DNA of 29,229 bases from a virus. Taxonomy: Duplodnaviria > Caudoviricetes. Shown here piece by piece: positions 1-7,709 of the stretch (within the stretch, counting starts at the first letter, position 1; every line of letters begins with the position of its first letter). The translations under genes and the position numbers were made by a program. A model generated the notes under the pieces. That model made no database searches. It was given only the letters and a program-made list of their open reading frames with translations, and was not told where the DNA came from. The stretch is from positions 1 through 29,229 of IMG/VR virus record IMGVR_UViG_3300026123_000021, one strand, 5' to 3'.

Positions 1-75
1 ACTATTATTGAAGTCTCTACACCAGACTCAGTAGAAGATAATTATAGGGTTCTACCAGGAGATTCTCAAAAATGA
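1..75 (+). CDS. 3' end of a cupin-fold (mannose-6-phosphate-isomerase-like) protein, truncated by the window edge
   Basis: Frame 1 reads TIIEVSTPDSVEDNYRVLPGDSQK* (TGA 73-75, ATGA overlap with the next gene). EVST...EDNYR..PGDSQ resembles the C-terminus of small cupins in T4-like phages. Not in the ORF track. Confidence 0.6.
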   Translation, partial: TIIEVSTPDSVEDNYRVLPGDSQK

Positions 76-356
76 AATATATTGTAGACATAGATAACAC
101 TATTTGTTTTACTGAAGGATCAGATTATCCTAATAGCGAGCCATACCCAATTAGAATTGATAAGATTAACGAATTGTATGATAACGGACATGAAATAATT
201 TATTGGACAGCGAGAGGTGGTAATTCTAGAATAGATTGGACAGAATTAACCACTAAACAACTAAAAGAATGGGGTTGTAAATATCATGAATTAAAAATGT
301 GGAAACCATCATATGATGTTTGGATTGATGATAAAGCAGATTGGATTTTTAATTAA
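72..356 (+). CDS. Small capless HAD-superfamily phosphatase (EcbF/BcbF-like)
   Basis: Motif I DIDNT, motif II WTARG, motifs III/IV KP-x4-IDDKA. Confidence 0.85.
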   Translation: MKYIVDIDNTICFTEGSDYPNSEPYPIRIDKINELYDNGHEIIYWTARGGNSRIDWTELTTKQLKEWGCKYHELKMWKPSYDVWIDDKADWIFN

Positions 357-407
357 TATTTAATATAAAACATGATATAATATACAAATTATAAATAAAG
401 GAACAAA

Positions 408-980
408 ATGTACTACCCAAGTATTATAGAAACAACTGGTAGATCGTCAAAGGCATTTGACTTACCAACTAAATTATTACAAGACAGGATTATATATTTC
501 GGTACAGAAGTTAACGAAACTACTGCTAATTTTACTATCATGCAGTTAATGTGGCTAGCTTCTGATAACCCAGATAACGATATAGATTTTTACATTAATA
601 GCCCAGGAGGTTCAGTTTATGATGGTTTGGCAATTAAGGATATCATTGATACTATTCCTTGTAAGGTTAATACTATTGGCGTTGGTATGTGCGCATCTAT
701 GGGTGCTTACTTATTATCAGCCGGAACAGGTACAAGAAAAGCAACTAAAAACTGTAGAATTATGATTCATTCGGTATCATCAGGCAGTAGAGGTACTATT
801 CACGATATGGAAGTAGATTACAAAGAATCAAAGTATTTAGATGATAAATTAATGTTAGATATATCTAATTATTCTAAAGGTAAATCTACATTAGAAGATA
901 TTAAATCTAAATGCCAAAGAGATTATTATATGGACCCAGATGAAGCAATTAAATTAGGTTTAATCGATGCTAAAATATAA
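408..980 (+). CDS. clpP: ATP-dependent Clp protease proteolytic subunit
   Basis: LLQDRIIYFG, YINSPGGSV, GMCASMGAYLL (catalytic Ser), IMIHS (His), RDYYM (Asp) and EAIKLGLID. AAGGA RBS upstream. Confidence 0.93.
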   Translation: MYYPSIIETTGRSSKAFDLPTKLLQDRIIYFGTEVNETTANFTIMQLMWLASDNPDNDIDFYINSPGGSVYDGLAIKDIIDTIPCKVNTIGVGMCASMGAYLLSAGTGTRKATKNCRIMIHSVSSGSRGTIHDMEVDYKESKYLDDKLMLDISNYSKGKSTLEDIKSKCQRDYYMDPDEAIKLGLIDAKI

Positions 981-989
981 ATATAAATA
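976..989 (+). promoter_or_regulatory. Two overlapping T4-type late promoter boxes (TATAAATA at 976-983 and 982-989)
   Basis: Exact T4 gp55 late consensus about 20-30 nt upstream of ATG 1011. The AT-rich background reduces specificity. Confidence 0.55.
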
Positions 990-1010
990 AAAACAAAAAT
1001 AGGAAATAAT

Positions 1011-1397
1011 ATGAATTTTAGGGATTTACTTAAAAATAACATCGACGAATCAGAAATAAAATTCCAAGCGTTGTCAGTTATGAAAGAAATGCATAGTAAT
1101 CTTGCAGACATAACTTTTCTTGATGTGTTGGCAGTAATGTCTGAAGATAATCCTCTTAAGAAAGATGTTCAAAAATTAGAAATAGAATTAAATACATTAA
1201 CAAAAAATGTATCAGATTTTATTGAAAAAAATATGAATGATGCTGTTGATATGGAACAAGTGGAAATTGAAAAAGAAACTGAAAAAGAAACTGAAAAAGA
1301 AACTGAAAAAGAAACTGAAAAAGAAGAGTTAGAAATTAAAAAAGCAGCTGCGGCAAAACCAGCAATTAACGTTAAAACGTCTGATAAGGAAAAATAA
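1011..1397 (+). CDS. Acidic hypothetical protein, candidate internal head or prohead core protein
   Basis: The N-terminus MNFRDLLKNNIDE resembles those of the two following ORFs. It has coiled-coil character and an (EKET)4 repeat, and lies downstream of late-promoter boxes. Confidence 0.55.
   Translation: MNFRDLLKNNIDESEIKFQALSVMKEMHSNLADITFLDVLAVMSEDNPLKKDVQKLEIELNTLTKNVSDFIEKNMNDAVDMEQVEIEKETEKETEKETEKETEKEELEIKKAAAAKPAINVKTSDKEK
1269..1325 (+). repeat. 12-bp in-frame tandem repeat GAAAAAGAAACT x4.75 (encodes EKET)
   Basis: Perfect units at 1269, 1281, 1293 and 1305, plus a partial unit at 1317-1325. Confidence 0.95.
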
Positions 1398-1984
1398 TGA
1401 AATTTAGAAATTTACTAGAAACTGGTACTATTAGTCAAATCGCTAAAGATTTTGAAAAGAAAATTAAAGCGGCAAAAAAGGGCGAATGTGAAATACTTGA
1501 TAAAGAATTAACCGATTTGCATAAAGAAAGAAAAATTTCATCTAAAGAGTTCTCAGAATTAGAAGCACAGATTGGTAGAAAAATGAGAATGTTAGGTGAA
1601 GAAGTACAAGAAATTAATTCAAATACAATTTCTTATATTATACCAAAAACAATGGCTATGATTGCACAAACACATTTATGGCATTTACTAATTAAGTCAG
1701 GTCAAAAACATACTGCTTTAGGTGAGTTTTATGAAGAGTTACAAGATGAATTAGATGAATTATCTGAAAGATATATTGCACAAGGCGGAATTATTGATTC
1801 TCAACAATTTGTTTTAGACACTGATACTTCAGTAATTCTGGAAAGAGTTGATAATTATAGAAAAGAAATATCTGCATGTATTTCTGAATTAACGAGTAAT
1901 GCAGAAATGGCATCAATTTTAGATGGTGTTATAGATTTACAAGAATGTATAGATTCATTCTTATATAAGTTTAAATTAGATTAA
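1397..1984 (+). CDS. Ferritin/Dps-like four-helix-bundle protein with an N-terminal extension
   Basis: QTHLWH...HTALGEFYEEL..ELDELSERY matches the Dps/ferritin-like H-x2-HW...H-x-x-L-x-E-x-Y...D-x-x-x-E-R pattern. C-terminal IDSFLYK. N-terminus MKFRNLLE. Confidence 0.7.
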   Translation: MKFRNLLETGTISQIAKDFEKKIKAAKKGECEILDKELTDLHKERKISSKEFSELEAQIGRKMRMLGEEVQEINSNTISYIIPKTMAMIAQTHLWHLLIKSGQKHTALGEFYEELQDELDELSERYIAQGGIIDSQQFVLDTDTSVILERVDNYRKEISACISELTSNAEMASILDGVIDLQECIDSFLYKFKLD

Positions 1985-1994
1985 GGAGAAAAAT

Positions 1995-2225
1995 ATGAGT
2001 TTTAGAGAGTTTTTAAACGAAAATAAAAAAATGTCTATTAAAGAATTTGAGAAGTATTTACTTAAAGGCGGACAAATTATGGTTGACAACGGTGGCGTTG
2101 ATTCCGATATATTGATGTATAATAAATCTGAAAAATCATTTTCAATAGGATTTGATAATAAAGACATTAGCAAATTATATAAAATGTATTCATCAGCCGA
2201 TGATTCAAAAATAATGTTAATTTAA
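1995..2225 (+). CDS. Small hypothetical protein, candidate internal head protein
   Basis: AAGGAG RBS. N-terminus MSFREFLNE resembles a T4 capsid-targeting sequence. Confidence 0.6.
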   Translation: MSFREFLNENKKMSIKEFEKYLLKGGQIMVDNGGVDSDILMYNKSEKSFSIGFDNKDISKLYKMYSSADDSKIMLI

Positions 2226-2277
2226 TAAACAGTAAAGTTAAGAGGTTCTTTTAAAAACCTCAACACAAAGGAAAGAA

Positions 2278-2499
2278 ATGAAAAACTTAAAAAAGATCGC
2301 AATGATCGAATCACTAGCAAATGTAGGCAGTGGTTTACTTCTAAGCATATTTATAGCACAACCCATTATTTTTTACTATTATGGCATATCGTTAGACACA
2401 TCAGAAAACGTAATAATCGCAGTTTACTTCACAATTATAAGTATATTCAGAGGATATATTTGGAGACTTTATTTTCATAAATGGTTTTACAAAATTTAA
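2278..2499 (+). CDS. Small two-TM membrane protein
   Basis: Two hydrophobic segments (ESLANVGSGLLLSIFIAQPIIF and NVIIAVYFTIISIFRGYIWR). AAGGA RBS. Confidence 0.7.
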   Translation: MKNLKKIAMIESLANVGSGLLLSIFIAQPIIFYYYGISLDTSENVIIAVYFTIISIFRGYIWRLYFHKWFYKI

Positions 2500-2528
2500 T
2501 CTTGGATTAATAATAATTAGTATATAAT
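2495..2528 (+). promoter_or_regulatory. Repeated class B promoter (TTTAATCTTG..TTAATA.TA.TTAGTATATAAT) heading the DNA-modification cluster
   Basis: TTTAATCTTGGATTAATAATAATTAGTATATAAT, near-identical to six other intergenic copies. -10 TATAAT at 2523-2528. Confidence 0.75.
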
Positions 2529-2564
2529 ATACTATATAAAAATAAAAATTAATAAAGGATAGAA

Positions 2565-3122
2565 ATGGATGGCTTTTCAGTAATCATAGAAGGATTAGAT
2601 AACACTGGTAAAGATACACTTATAAAAGGTTTATCAAATCATTACAATAATATGATATCTACACATATACATTATGGTTCAATAAAACAAAATTCAAAAC
2701 AAGATGCAATAGAGTATTCAATAAAAACATACAATAATATGGTTAAAACTATGAATTTTCAATCTGTTGTATTAAATAATGTTGTTTTTGTAAATAGATC
2801 TCACTTAGGTGAATTAGTGTACGCACCTCTTTATAGAGGATATGATGGTGATTTTGCATTATCTTGTGAAAAAGAAATGGTTATGGATCGTACATTTTTA
2901 ATAGTACTTACCGATGAACCAGAAAATCTTATTGAAAGAGATGATGGATTATCTCATAGTATTGATATTGAATTTAAGAAAAAAGAAATTAAATTGTTTC
3001 AACAAGCTTTTGATAAATCATCAATAAAACATAAATACATGATTAACATAAATAATCATACAATTGAACAGGTACTTGCAAAAGTAATTGATTTTATAGA
3101 ATACAAAAAGGATAACAAATGA
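2565..3122 (+). CDS. Thymidylate-kinase-like dNMP kinase (probably for modified dCMP)
   Basis: P-loop IEGLDNTGKDT, DR-equivalent motif VNRSHLGELVY and lid-like LIERDDG. Overlaps the gp42-like gene. Confidence 0.8.
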   Translation: MDGFSVIIEGLDNTGKDTLIKGLSNHYNNMISTHIHYGSIKQNSKQDAIEYSIKTYNNMVKTMNFQSVVLNNVVFVNRSHLGELVYAPLYRGYDGDFALSCEKEMVMDRTFLIVLTDEPENLIERDDGLSHSIDIEFKKKEIKLFQQAFDKSSIKHKYMININNHTIEQVLAKVIDFIEYKKDNK

Positions 3123-3796
3123 TAAACAATATATTAAAAGTTAATGATATTAGAAAAATGTTTAAAACAGCATATGAAAATAAAGAGTTTACAATTGATA
3201 GAACTGGTGCTAAAACAATTGAAATTATAGGTGCAACGTTTATTGCTGATGATGACCACATTGTAAGAACACCATCGTATGAATATATTGAAAGAGAATT
3301 AGAATGGTATAAATCAATGTCTTTATATGTTGAAGATATTCCTGGTAATACACCGGTTATTTGGAAACAAATTGCATCAACAGATGGTAAAATTAATTCT
3401 AATTATGGGTGGTGTATTTATTCATCTGATAATGGTAAACAATATGATAATGTTCTAGCTGAATTAAAATCTAATCCAGATTCTCGTAGAGCAACAATGA
3501 TTTACAATAGACCATCTATGCATACTGATTTTGAAAAGAATGGTATGAATGACTTTATGTGTACATTTGCTAATACATTTTTTATTAGAGATAATAAATT
3601 ACATAGTCATTATGTAATGAGAAGCAATGATAGTTTATTCGGATATGGAAATGATTATGCTTGGGCTAAATATGTTCAGAAAGAATTAGCACTTGATCTT
3701 GATGTAGAAGTAGGTGATCTAATTTGGACTGCAAGTAATCTTCATATTTACGAGAGACATTTTCCCGCACTTGAAAAAATGATAGAAACATTATAA
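3119..3796 (+). CDS. gp42: dCMP hydroxymethylase-like thymidylate-synthase-family enzyme (T4 gp42 homolog)
   Basis: Blocks shared with T4 gp42 as I recall it: KTIEIIGA.F.AD, YI.RELEWYKS.SL.V.DIPG.TP.IW, G.INSNYGW, NPDSRR..MIY.RPSM, DFMCT (catalytic Cys), MRSND..FG..NDYAW (cytosine-specifying Asp) and LHIYERHF. Confidence 0.9.
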   Translation: MINNILKVNDIRKMFKTAYENKEFTIDRTGAKTIEIIGATFIADDDHIVRTPSYEYIERELEWYKSMSLYVEDIPGNTPVIWKQIASTDGKINSNYGWCIYSSDNGKQYDNVLAELKSNPDSRRATMIYNRPSMHTDFEKNGMNDFMCTFANTFFIRDNKLHSHYVMRSNDSLFGYGNDYAWAKYVQKELALDLDVEVGDLIWTASNLHIYERHFPALEKMIETL

Positions 3797-3844
3797 AACT
3801 ATGCGAATTCATTTTTATATAATTAGAAAAATTAAAGGTTTAAA

Positions 3845-4384
3845 ATGATAAAATTAATGGAAGATATAACTAATTCATTTAATGGTTGTTCGGAAATATG
3901 TAGTGTTAACTTCACTGAACATTATAGTAATCATGAGGAATTAGTAATGAAAGGTAAATTGATTTTTAATTTATATAAAAATGATATACTGGTTGAAAGA
4001 AAAACAAATGAATTGCACTTTCATAATTTCCTTAAGCATCAACTTTTTAGCCATTTACAAGAAATAAAATATTATAGTACTGTTGATCTTAATACAACAA
4101 GAAGATTAATTGCAGTATCGCATGATTGTATATCGCACATTCATATTTTGATTAGGGATAAAATTTACTTAAATATATATTTTAGGAGTTCTGATTATGA
4201 TGGTGCTTTACCGGCAGATTTAGAATTTATATCAGAATTACCATCAGATTTAATCGACCATTGCGAACGGTTAAAAGACGTAACGGGATATGAAGAGTGC
4301 ACTACAAAATTCATAAATAAATTAAAAAAATTACCCGTGCAATTAGATATTAATTTCGGGTCTTTACATAGGACGAATATATGA
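3845..4384 (+). CDS. Divergent, compact thymidylate-synthase-fold protein
   Basis: TS-like motif order: TRR...DCISHIHILIRD...FRSSD...LPAD...INFGSLH. Lacks the usual TS N-terminal region. Confidence 0.6.
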   Translation: MIKLMEDITNSFNGCSEICSVNFTEHYSNHEELVMKGKLIFNLYKNDILVERKTNELHFHNFLKHQLFSHLQEIKYYSTVDLNTTRRLIAVSHDCISHIHILIRDKIYLNIYFRSSDYDGALPADLEFISELPSDLIDHCERLKDVTGYEECTTKFINKLKKLPVQLDINFGSLHRTNI

Positions 4385-4743
4385 ATAACAAAACTTATTT
4401 AAAAAAATTAATTATTGTTGACTTTGATGATACATTATGTATTCATCCAGCGGATGATAAATCTGATATAGAAAATGGTTTACCTAATATTGAGCTAATA
4501 AAAAAATTAAATAAGCTGTATGACGACGGGTATAATATAGAAATACATACAGCTCGTGGTCATTTTTCATGTGAAAGTAGATATCATGCTGAACTTATTT
4601 ACAGACCAATAATTGAAGAGTGGCTTGAACATAATAAGGTAAAGTACGATTTATTAAATTTTAATAAACCTTATGGTATAATATATATAGATGATAAAGC
4701 GGTTAGACCGAATGAATTAAATTTATTAGAAGGATTATTATGA
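4381..4743 (+). CDS. Small capless HAD phosphatase (EcbF/BcbF-like), candidate sugar-bisphosphate phosphatase
   Basis: DFDDT, HTARG, KPYGIIYIDDKAVRP. Translationally coupled to both neighbours. Confidence 0.85.
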   Translation: MNNKTYLKKLIIVDFDDTLCIHPADDKSDIENGLPNIELIKKLNKLYDDGYNIEIHTARGHFSCESRYHAELIYRPIIEEWLEHNKVKYDLLNFNKPYGIIYIDDKAVRPNELNLLEGLL

Positions 4744-6299
4744 TTGGAATTATACCAGCTGCAGGTGCAGGTACAAGATTTAAAGAATTGGGTAAACAAT
4801 ACTCAAAAACAATTCTACCATACAAAGAAAAACCAATTTTAATTCACCAAATTGAGTGGTTAGAAAAACATGGTTGCAATGATATTAGGGTAGTTTTAAA
4901 TCACCAAGAAGATACCGTAAAAGATATATTAAAACTATATAAAAAAAATGTTAACATCGCAAGACAAGAAGAAAGAAATGGTTTAGCTGGTGCAATTAAA
5001 TGTGCAATTAAACCAGATGATGGTGATAACGTTATAGTATTGTTGGGCGACTTAGTTATTAACGAAGATATTAGTAAAGACATGTTTAATGTTAACTTTA
5101 TTTCTGTTCAAGAAGTACCAGATTATTCAAGATGGTGTATGGTTCAAGATTTATCTGATGGAAGATTAAAATTCTTTGATAAACCAACGGAAAGACCTGA
5201 TACTAATCTTGCGGTTAGCGGCGTATATCATTTATTAGATTCTAAACAATTATACACGCATTTAGACAATCAATTATCTGATGATTCTAATAAAATAAAT
5301 GGTGAATTTCAAATCAGCACTACTTTAAAAAGAATTGCTTCTATAGATGGTATGTATACTACAAAAGTTGAATTAATTGACTTTGGAACATTGGACGAGT
5401 ATTTACAAAATAGATCTGTTAAGATTAGTAGATCATTTAATGATATAGAAGTAAATGGCCCATTTATTACTAAAAGCTCAGAAAAAGAAAGAGAAAAATT
5501 AATTAAAGAATATAATTGGTTTATTAATTTACCTGACGAAATTGCTGTACATACACCAAGGATTTTCTCAAAAGACTTATTTGCTGAAAGAACTTGGTAT
5601 AAGATGGAAAAGATTTTAGCACCGTCATTAAGAGAAATTTATCTTTTCTTAGATTCAACAGAAGAAACATGGGATAGTATATTTGAATCTTTATTTGATA
5701 ACCTATCAGTCATGGAAAAATTTGGCCAAAAAAATAACTTTATGAAATCAGTAGTTCAAAAGACTAAAGATAGAGTTAGAAATATTGAAATACCAATACA
5801 AAACAAATTAGTTAATGAATTTATAACAGAATTAGAAAATGAAATTCCTAAATTTAATAGACCTGCATTAATGCATGGTGACTATTGTTTTAGTAATTTA
5901 TTGTATGATTTTCAAGGTAATCAAATTAAAATGATTGACCCTAGAGGCGAACTTTATGGTGATCATTACTATGAAGTGGCTAAATTATTTCATAGTATTC
6001 TATTTGATTATGACTTTGTTGATTCTGAATTATATGTTAAAAAGAATGGCACATACAAATTATACAATAATGGAAAATATAAAATTAAAGAATTGTTCAA
6101 AAATAAAATCAATAAATATTATACAGCTGAAGAGCAAAAATATATTTTATTGATTACTGCTAGTTTATTTTTAAGTATGATTCCATTACATTCGCATAAT
6201 ACTAATAATCAAGAAATATATTATGATATCTTCAGAAAAATATTTAACATATATAAGGAAGATAATGATATTCAAACTACAAGGGGAGTTAATTCTTGA
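4740..6299 (+). CDS. Bifunctional sugar-1-phosphate nucleotidyltransferase plus APH/choline-kinase-like kinase (NDP-sugar synthesis)
   Basis: N-terminal GT-A NTP transferase: IPAAGAGTRF..L....SK..LP, Q....GLAGAI, LLGD, FFDKP, GEFQIS, DFGT. C-terminal kinase: RSFN, HGDYCFSN, MIDPRG, GD.YYEVAKL.HS. Confidence 0.85.
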   Translation: MIGIIPAAGAGTRFKELGKQYSKTILPYKEKPILIHQIEWLEKHGCNDIRVVLNHQEDTVKDILKLYKKNVNIARQEERNGLAGAIKCAIKPDDGDNVIVLLGDLVINEDISKDMFNVNFISVQEVPDYSRWCMVQDLSDGRLKFFDKPTERPDTNLAVSGVYHLLDSKQLYTHLDNQLSDDSNKINGEFQISTTLKRIASIDGMYTTKVELIDFGTLDEYLQNRSVKISRSFNDIEVNGPFITKSSEKEREKLIKEYNWFINLPDEIAVHTPRIFSKDLFAERTWYKMEKILAPSLREIYLFLDSTEETWDSIFESLFDNLSVMEKFGQKNNFMKSVVQKTKDRVRNIEIPIQNKLVNEFITELENEIPKFNRPALMHGDYCFSNLLYDFQGNQIKMIDPRGELYGDHYYEVAKLFHSILFDYDFVDSELYVKKNGTYKLYNNGKYKIKELFKNKINKYYTAEEQKYILLITASLFLSMIPLHSHNTNNQEIYYDIFRKIFNIYKEDNDIQTTRGVNS

Positions 6300-7665
6300 T
6301 GAAAATAAACCAACAATTGCATTCGTTGATAAAGGTGATATTAATGGTTACTCGTACATCTATGGCGCAGCCAGAGTTATTAAAGAGAAACTTAAAGACA
6401 AATACAACATTATAGAAATTGGGACAGGTTGTAATGTAAAAAACAATTATTATGAAGTAAAAAGAGGTGAAACAGATAACTTTTTGAGAAAAGTTGATGA
6501 TCCTGAGAATTATTTAAAAAGAAATTCAGATACATTAGAAAAATTACTCGCCGAGTCTTTTAAAGATTTACCAGTGATAGATTATATAATTTTAGGAACA
6601 GACGACTTTTTTAGGTTACCGCTGACAAGTTATACAAACAAAAGAAATTCTGAAATATTATCAAAAATGGAGAATGAATTTTTTGACTATGTAATTGAAG
6701 ACGAATCGATATTACATAAAATAGATGTTCTAAATCAAAAGATTATAAATGAATGGGATAGGTTAGTTTCGCCAATTGCATTTAGTACAAAAGATTATAA
6801 TTTATTTAATAGGGCTATAGATTATATTAATAGACAAGGTAAATTAAAACACAAAGTTATTGGTTTTTCAATAGATCCTGCGATATATACACCATTTTTT
6901 ATACTAAACAATATACCTAATGATTTTTACTATTTTGCTGATGACACAAGAGGAACAAGAAATTTTAAACAATTAGACATTGCACAACTGCAGCATATAA
7001 TATATGATAATAAATTTAAACCAGGATTAGATGATTGGGAAGATGTTTCAACAGAAAAGTCTGGGAACTTTTTCTTTGCTGGTACTATATTCCAAGAAAA
7101 AGGTTCAAGAAAAGAAATGTGGGATCAATATTTAAGAGATGTTAAATCAGAAAAATGTTCATTTTATATTCCATTAAGAAAGAACGGTATTATCAAAGAT
7201 CATAATAAAAAATCTTTAAGATTCGAAAACATATTGAAAGAACATGACGATTTTGTTGATTTATATGAAGAGATTAAAACACATAACAATTATAAAGGTG
7301 TTTTATTACCTAATGAATTAATTGAAAAAACAAAACATTTTAAATATGGCATGGTATTAAGATGTGTATCAATTAATGATTCATTAAACTTTAGACCTGT
7401 TTTATATGCATATCATGATATTTTACCATTTCTTGATTTTAATTATGACCCGGCGTATTTACAAATACCCAAACATATTCAAGACAAAATAGTAGTAAAA
7501 TCTGCGGCTGATATAGATGAAAGAATAGAATATTTTAATAATAATGATAATGAAAGAATAGAAGTTATTAACGAATTAAGAGAACTATTTAGGATTGATG
7601 ATTACATAAATAATCCAGATAAAATGATTAATGAACAAATAAAAAAAATAATACCAGATTTTTAA
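6265..7665 (+). CDS. Putative GT-B-like DNA glycosyltransferase (candidate 1)
   Basis: The ORF track starts at 6223, but ATG 6265 has an AAGGA RBS. C-terminal half has GT-B-like elements (FFFAGT...R, KYGMVL...NFRPVLY...ILPFLDFNYDP, IDERIEYF). The call rests on context plus weak pattern. Confidence 0.5.
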   Translation: MIFKLQGELILDENKPTIAFVDKGDINGYSYIYGAARVIKEKLKDKYNIIEIGTGCNVKNNYYEVKRGETDNFLRKVDDPENYLKRNSDTLEKLLAESFKDLPVIDYIILGTDDFFRLPLTSYTNKRNSEILSKMENEFFDYVIEDESILHKIDVLNQKIINEWDRLVSPIAFSTKDYNLFNRAIDYINRQGKLKHKVIGFSIDPAIYTPFFILNNIPNDFYYFADDTRGTRNFKQLDIAQLQHIIYDNKFKPGLDDWEDVSTEKSGNFFFAGTIFQEKGSRKEMWDQYLRDVKSEKCSFYIPLRKNGIIKDHNKKSLRFENILKEHDDFVDLYEEIKTHNNYKGVLLPNELIEKTKHFKYGMVLRCVSINDSLNFRPVLYAYHDILPFLDFNYDPAYLQIPKHIQDKIVVKSAADIDERIEYFNNNDNERIEVINELRELFRIDDYINNPDKMINEQIKKIIPDF

Positions 7666-7709
7666 TAATTAATTTGTTATAATAAATTTAATATATAAAA
7701 GGAAAGAAT

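Noticed and set aside
390-397. TATAAATA upstream of clpP as a late promoter
   Set aside because: It is only 10 nt from the ATG, so a transcript would lose its RBS. The TGATATAAT just upstream explains expression better.
2242-2261. GAGGTT...AACCTC hairpin as a terminator
   Set aside because: The stem is short and has no U-tract, so it is too weak to call.
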